64,000 nucleotides of DNA from assembly GCA_963664225.1 (NCBI GenBank), contig OY760937.1, positions 3,392,001-3,456,000 of the forward strand, written 5' to 3'. Below the pieces are notes generated by a model. It worked only from the letters and a program-made list of their open reading frames with translations, had not been told where the DNA came from and did no database searches. Below are positions 59,604-64,000 of the stretch, in pieces (position 1 is the first letter of the stretch; each line of letters starts with the position of its first letter). The translations under genes were made by a program, and so were the position numbers. Source of the stretch: Verrucomicrobiia bacterium. Lineage in GTDB: Bacteria > Verrucomicrobiota > Verrucomicrobiia > Limisphaerales > UBA1319.

Positions 59604-60903
59604 AACCAGCGTCCAAACCGCGTTTGGCTTGAAACCGGTCAAATCCGCGGCCGGGACACCCACTGCGGCACCCAAGCCACGCCGCACTTTGATGGTCGTG
59701 GATGACGAGGAAGGTCCGCGCCAATCCCTGCGCATCGTCTTCAAGGACGAATACAACATCCTCATGGCCAATGATGGAATCCAAGCCATCGAATTGACCA
59801 AGTTGCATCATGTGGACGCCGCCATCCTGGATATTCGCATGTTTGGCATGACAGGCGTGGATCTGCTTGAGCGTCTTAAAGCGGTCGATCCCAACATCGA
59901 GGTCATCATGCTCACCGCCTATGAGACTTTCGAAACCGCCCGCCAGGCCTTGCGTTGCGGCGCCTGCGACTACCTTAACAAGCCTTTTGACATCTCCACG
60001 ATGCGTGCCGCCGTTTCCAAAGCCATGGAGCGTCGCTCCCTTTCCGACGAGGTTCGGGCCAATCAACGCATTCTCGAGGAGCTGAAAACCGAGATTCATA
60101 AACAGCGCGAAACCCAGGAGATGATCCGCACCCGCGGCGAAATCTACGCCAGCATTATTCACGACATCAACGGACCGTTGACCATCATCTCCGGATTCAT
60201 CGAGACCATCAACCAGCGCCTGTCTGACTCCCCGCGGATTGAAGGCGAAGACCTGTCCAGCATCAAGGAGCGTCTCGAACGCATCACACGCCAGGTCAAT
60301 AATTGCATCGAAATTTCCCGGCGCTACCTGCGATTCCTGCGCGAAGGCCAGAATGAAGCCAACCTCGTCGCCGTCAATCAGATCCTCCAGGACGTCGTTC
60401 AACTTCTGCGGCATCACCGAAGCGCCGCCGGTCATCAAATCAGCGCCGAACCGCTTGTAACGGAGGCCTATGTCCAGATCAACGGCACCGAGCTCATTCA
60501 AATACTGCTCAATCTTGGCATCAACGCCCTTCAAGCCTCAGCCGCCGCGCATCGGGTCGAAATCATTTGCAAACGACTCGATCACCCTCTGGACATGGCT
60601 GCCTTGGAGGATGGCCCGGAAAACCGCTTTGTCTGCGGCGAATCCTTCAAAAACACCGGGCCTCTCCTGGCCATCGCTGTGGCGGATAACGGCCCTGGCA
60701 TAGCTGCGGATGTCCTCCCGCGCATATTCGAACCCTATTTCACCACCAAGGCCGTCGGTCAAGGTACCGGCTTGGGACTGCCCATCGTTTCCAGACTCGT
60801 CAAGGAGGCCCGTGGAGCCATTCATTTGGAGACCAAGCTTGGCCATGGGAGCTCCTTTACCGTCTATCTCCCAGGCATGGACACAAACGCGCCTTCCAGG
60901 TAG
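59569..60903 (+). CDS. Hybrid receiver-histidine kinase
   Basis: VVDDE, LDIRM, LTAY, KPF; HDINGPL, NALQA, DNGPG, FEPYFTTK, GTGLGL. Start uncertain; overlaps the fadL 3' end. Confidence 0.9.
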   Translation: MHSHSQLDSTSETSVQTAFGLKPVKSAAGTPTAAPKPRRTLMVVDDEEGPRQSLRIVFKDEYNILMANDGIQAIELTKLHHVDAAILDIRMFGMTGVDLLERLKAVDPNIEVIMLTAYETFETARQALRCGACDYLNKPFDISTMRAAVSKAMERRSLSDEVRANQRILEELKTEIHKQRETQEMIRTRGEIYASIIHDINGPLTIISGFIETINQRLSDSPRIEGEDLSSIKERLERITRQVNNCIEISRRYLRFLREGQNEANLVAVNQILQDVVQLLRHHRSAAGHQISAEPLVTEAYVQINGTELIQILLNLGINALQASAAAHRVEIICKRLDHPLDMAALEDGPENRFVCGESFKNTGPLLAIAVADNGPGIAADVLPRIFEPYFTTKAVGQGTGLGLPIVSRLVKEARGAIHLETKLGHGSSFTVYLPGMDTNAPSR

Positions 60904-60962
60904 CCTCGAATCTGCGTCCAACAACCGGTTGCCTTTTCAAGGCCAGCCATTAAATTCATCGC

Positions 60963-62054
60963 ATGGTTTGCGATACAGCCTGTGACACATTGGCGCAGCG
61001 GGTGTGGGATGGCGAACGGATTACTCCGTCCGAGGCCCGCCTGCTTTACGATCTGCCCCTCCACGATTTGGCCGCCTTGGCCAATCGCCGCAGGCACTTG
61101 GCCAAAGACTGCGCTTACGAAGGCCGTGGCAACGAAATCGTCACCTATAGCATCGATCGCAACATCAACTACACCAATATTTGCGACGTCTACTGCAAAT
61201 TTTGCGCCTTCTATCGGGTGGAACGCGACGCCGATGCCTACGTGATCGGTTTTGACGAATTGGACCAGAAAGTTCAGGAGACCGCCGATCAAGGCGGCAC
61301 ACAAATTCTCCTGCAGGGCGGGCACCATCCCAAATTGAACCTCCAGTGGTATCTGGACTTCCTGAACCATCTCAAATCCAGATTCCCGCAAATAAACGTT
61401 CACGGCTTCAGCCCCAGCGAGTTCATCCATTTTGAAAAAGTCTTTCAAATGCCCGTGGAAGAAATCATCCGGCAATTCGTCGCGGCCGGTTTGGGCAGCA
61501 TTCCCGGCGGTGGCGGTGAAATCCTGGTCGATCGCGTTCGCCAGCGGATCTCCCCGCGCAAAGCCATGAGCGACGACTGGCTGCGCGTGATGGATACCGC
61601 CCATCGACTTGGCCTCAAAACCAGCGCCACCATGATGTTCGGCCATGTCGAAACCATCGATGACCGCATCGAACACCTCGAACGGCTCCGCCGCCAGCAG
61701 GACCTGACTCACGGCTTCACCGCCTTCATCTGCTGGACCTTTCAAGCCGAAAACACCAACCTCAAAGTCCCCATGGTCGGTGCCCATGAATACCTGCGCA
61801 CGCAGGCCTTGAGTCGTATTTATCTGGATAACTTCCCCAACGTGCAAAGTTCCTGGGTCACCCAGGGCCCGCACATCGGCCAGATCGCCCTGCAATTCGG
61901 CGCCAACGACCTCGGCAGCATCATGATTGAAGAAAATGTCGTATCTCAGGCCGGAGCCACCTTTCGCATGACCGTTGCGGACATGCACCGCCTCATCGAG
62001 GACTTGGGTTACGAACCCCACCAGCGCGACAATTGGTATCGCCTGGTGAACTAG
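60963..62054 (+). CDS. mqnC: Cyclic dehypoxanthine futalosine synthase (radical SAM, menaquinone futalosine pathway)
   Basis: DRNINYTNICDVYCKFCAF, QGGHHP, PGGGGEIL, QSSWVTQG, EENVV. Confidence 0.9.
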   Translation: MVCDTACDTLAQRVWDGERITPSEARLLYDLPLHDLAALANRRRHLAKDCAYEGRGNEIVTYSIDRNINYTNICDVYCKFCAFYRVERDADAYVIGFDELDQKVQETADQGGTQILLQGGHHPKLNLQWYLDFLNHLKSRFPQINVHGFSPSEFIHFEKVFQMPVEEIIRQFVAAGLGSIPGGGGEILVDRVRQRISPRKAMSDDWLRVMDTAHRLGLKTSATMMFGHVETIDDRIEHLERLRRQQDLTHGFTAFICWTFQAENTNLKVPMVGAHEYLRTQALSRIYLDNFPNVQSSWVTQGPHIGQIALQFGANDLGSIMIEENVVSQAGATFRMTVADMHRLIEDLGYEPHQRDNWYRLVN

Positions 62055-62225
62055 GGACGCTGCCGGGCCTCGATCTTGAAAATCCGACCGGTCGTGGCCG
62101 CGAGATCCATCGGATGCGCTCCTTCCAACGGAAGGTCTATGGTGTGATTCCACCCTCCTGTCCCGCTAATATTTGGATGCAATGCCGTTGTTGCCTGTCG
62201 CCCGCCTTCTTGTTATGTTTTTCCA

Positions 62226-63116
62226 ATGTCGAAGGAACCATTGTTAAAGCTGGACTTGCCGGGAATCCCCAAGGTCAAGAGCGGCAAGGTGCGGGAAGTT
62301 TTCGATCTGGGCCCCGAGTTTCTATTTGTGGCCTCGGACCGCATTTCAGCCTTTGATTGCGTGCTGCCCAACGGCATTCCCCACAAGGGGGAAGTGTTGA
62401 CGCAGCTCTCCCATTTCTGGTTCGACCAGACCGCCGGCCTCGTTCCCAATCATCGCGTGCTGGCCGCCGACGCCCCGCTGCCCGCCGTGCTCCAACCCTT
62501 TGCCGACGTGCTCGCCGGACGGAGCATGATCGTCAAAAAAGCCGCGCCTCTGGCCATCGAATGCGTGGTGCGCGGTTATCTGGCAGGTTCCGGCTGGAAG
62601 GAATACCAGAAGCGCCAGACCGTGTGCGGGCACAAGCTGCCGCCCGGTCTCAAGGATTGCTCCGAATTGCCCACGCCCATTTTCACGCCGTCCACCAAGG
62701 CCGAAACCGGCCATGACGAAAACATTTCCTTCGATCAGGCGGCGGCCATCGTGGGGCCGGCCATCGCCGCCCAGGCGCGGGATTTGAGCCTTAAGATCTA
62801 CAATTTCGCCCGCGCCCACGCCCGGCAGCGCGGCATTATTATTGCCGACACCAAATTCGAGTTCGGCCTGCTCGACGGTCAGCTCATCCTCATTGACGAG
62901 GTGCTCACGCCCGATTCCTCCCGGTTCTGGCCCGCCGGACAGTATGAGGAGGGCCGCAGCCAGCCGAGTTTCGACAAACAGTTTGTCCGGGACTACCTCG
63001 AATCCCTGGATTGGGATAAAACCCCGCCCGCGCCCGCGCTTCCTGCCGATGTGGTGGCCAAAACCACGGCCAAATATCTGGAAGCCTACGAAAAATTGAC
63101 GGGTAAAAACCTTTAA
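62226..63116 (+). CDS. purC: SAICAR synthetase
   Basis: GKVRE, DRISAFD, ADTKFEFG, DEVLTPDSSRFW, DKQFVRD. Confidence 0.97.
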   Translation: MSKEPLLKLDLPGIPKVKSGKVREVFDLGPEFLFVASDRISAFDCVLPNGIPHKGEVLTQLSHFWFDQTAGLVPNHRVLAADAPLPAVLQPFADVLAGRSMIVKKAAPLAIECVVRGYLAGSGWKEYQKRQTVCGHKLPPGLKDCSELPTPIFTPSTKAETGHDENISFDQAAAIVGPAIAAQARDLSLKIYNFARAHARQRGIIIADTKFEFGLLDGQLILIDEVLTPDSSRFWPAGQYEEGRSQPSFDKQFVRDYLESLDWDKTPPAPALPADVVAKTTAKYLEAYEKLTGKNL

Positions 63117-63240
63117 ATCAGGGACGCCGCCTGGAGGGTCGAAACCCCGTCCCAGACCCTCGGGAGCGTTCGACGGTATTGGCATTGGTAATTGGGCCGC
63201 GCATGGGGTCTGGTTTGGATTGGTTTTTGACTGGATGGCG

Positions 63241-64000
63241 ATGCAAAATCTCGTTGAGGATTTCCTCCAATACCTGCGCAATGAACGCGGCCAGTCCGGT
63301 CTGACCCAGAAAACCTACGCCGCGCTGCTGGGGGAATTCGTTCAATGGGCGGGCGAAAGCGGCATCCAGAATTGGAAGCAGGTGACGCTGGCGCACCTGA
63401 TGGATTACATCCAGCACGAACGCAGGCGCGCCCTCAAACCTCCGTTTGACAAGCCCGGGCGCATTCTTGGCTCGGAAACCGTCTATCTGGAAATCGCCGC
63501 CCTGCGCGCCTTTTATAAATATTGCGAGACCGAGGATCTGCTGCCCGAGAACATCGCCGAAAACCTGACCCTGCCGCGCCGCTGGAAGCGCCTGCCCAAA
63601 GCCCTGACCGCCGATGAAATCCAGCGTCTCCTTGCGGCCATCACCCCCGAAACGCCCAGTGTCAGTTGCGATCAGGCGGCCCTTGAACTGGCCTATGCCT
63701 CGGGCTTGCGCCTCGCCGAATTGCGCGGCATCCGGCTCGAACAGCTCCATTTGGAGGCGGGATTCGTAACGGTTATCGGCAAAGGAAACAAAGAACGCGT
63801 GGTTCCAGTCGGCCGCAAGGCCATCGAAGCCCTCCGGCATTATCTGGACACGGCGCGCCCGGCTTTGGTCCATCCCAAATCTCCCGCCAATGTCTTCCTG
63901 ACCCGGCGCGGCACCGCTTTCGCCGCCCCGACCTTATGGTTGCGGGTCAAAAAACGGGCGCGTTTGGCCGGAATAGTGCGGAACATCACCCCCCACATGC
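63241..64000 (+). CDS. xerD: XerD/XerC-type tyrosine recombinase, 3'-truncated by the window edge (absent from the ORF track)
   Basis: My translation: MQNLVEDFLQYLRNERG..LRAFY..LPKAL..LELAYASGLRLAEL..GKGNKERVVP..ITPHM. Confidence 0.85.
   Translation, partial: MQNLVEDFLQYLRNERGQSGLTQKTYAALLGEFVQWAGESGIQNWKQVTLAHLMDYIQHERRRALKPPFDKPGRILGSETVYLEIAALRAFYKYCETEDLLPENIAENLTLPRRWKRLPKALTADEIQRLLAAITPETPSVSCDQAALELAYASGLRLAELRGIRLEQLHLEAGFVTVIGKGNKERVVPVGRKAIEALRHYLDTARPALVHPKSPANVFLTRRGTAFAAPTLWLRVKKRARLAGIVRNITPHM

Noticed and set aside
63118..63873. 251-aa minus-strand ORF
   Set aside because: Antisense shadow of the xerD-like gene.
63241..64000. Tyrosine recombinase as the integron integrase for the attC-like site
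   Set aside because: It has XerD-type motifs, lacks the IntI-specific insertion before the HxLR box, sits beside purC, and is 60 kb from the site.

Overview
GC-rich bacterial chromosomal window. Gene content and protein style suggest a Verrucomicrobia subdivision-3-like (Pedosphaera/Limisphaera-type) organism, which is an inference. Housekeeping genes include ligA, tig, cobA-hemD, argH, mqnC, purC and a partial xerD. The central feature is a complete PVM-type (Planctomycetes/Verrucomicrobia) bacterial microcompartment locus at 27515-37248: divergent DeoR regulator, PduL, three BMC-H, three BMC-P, acyl kinase, aldehyde dehydrogenase, class II aldolase, LDH-like dehydrogenase and an extra uncharacterised TIM-barrel enzyme. 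Accessory DNA includes a RAYT (REP-associated Y1 transposase) whose own reading frame carries in-frame REP copies, an intact 1280-bp IS3 with a 4-bp target duplication that splits a gene, an orphan attC-like site between cassette-like genes, several REP/MITE-like hairpin families, an orphan SUKH-LRR gene, a giant CotH-kinase exoprotein and a YegP remnant. There is also a candidate sigma54-driven small RNA at about 55460-55563. No rRNA, tRNA or CRISPR array was recognised. All calls come from reading the sequence and recognising motifs; no database searches were run.
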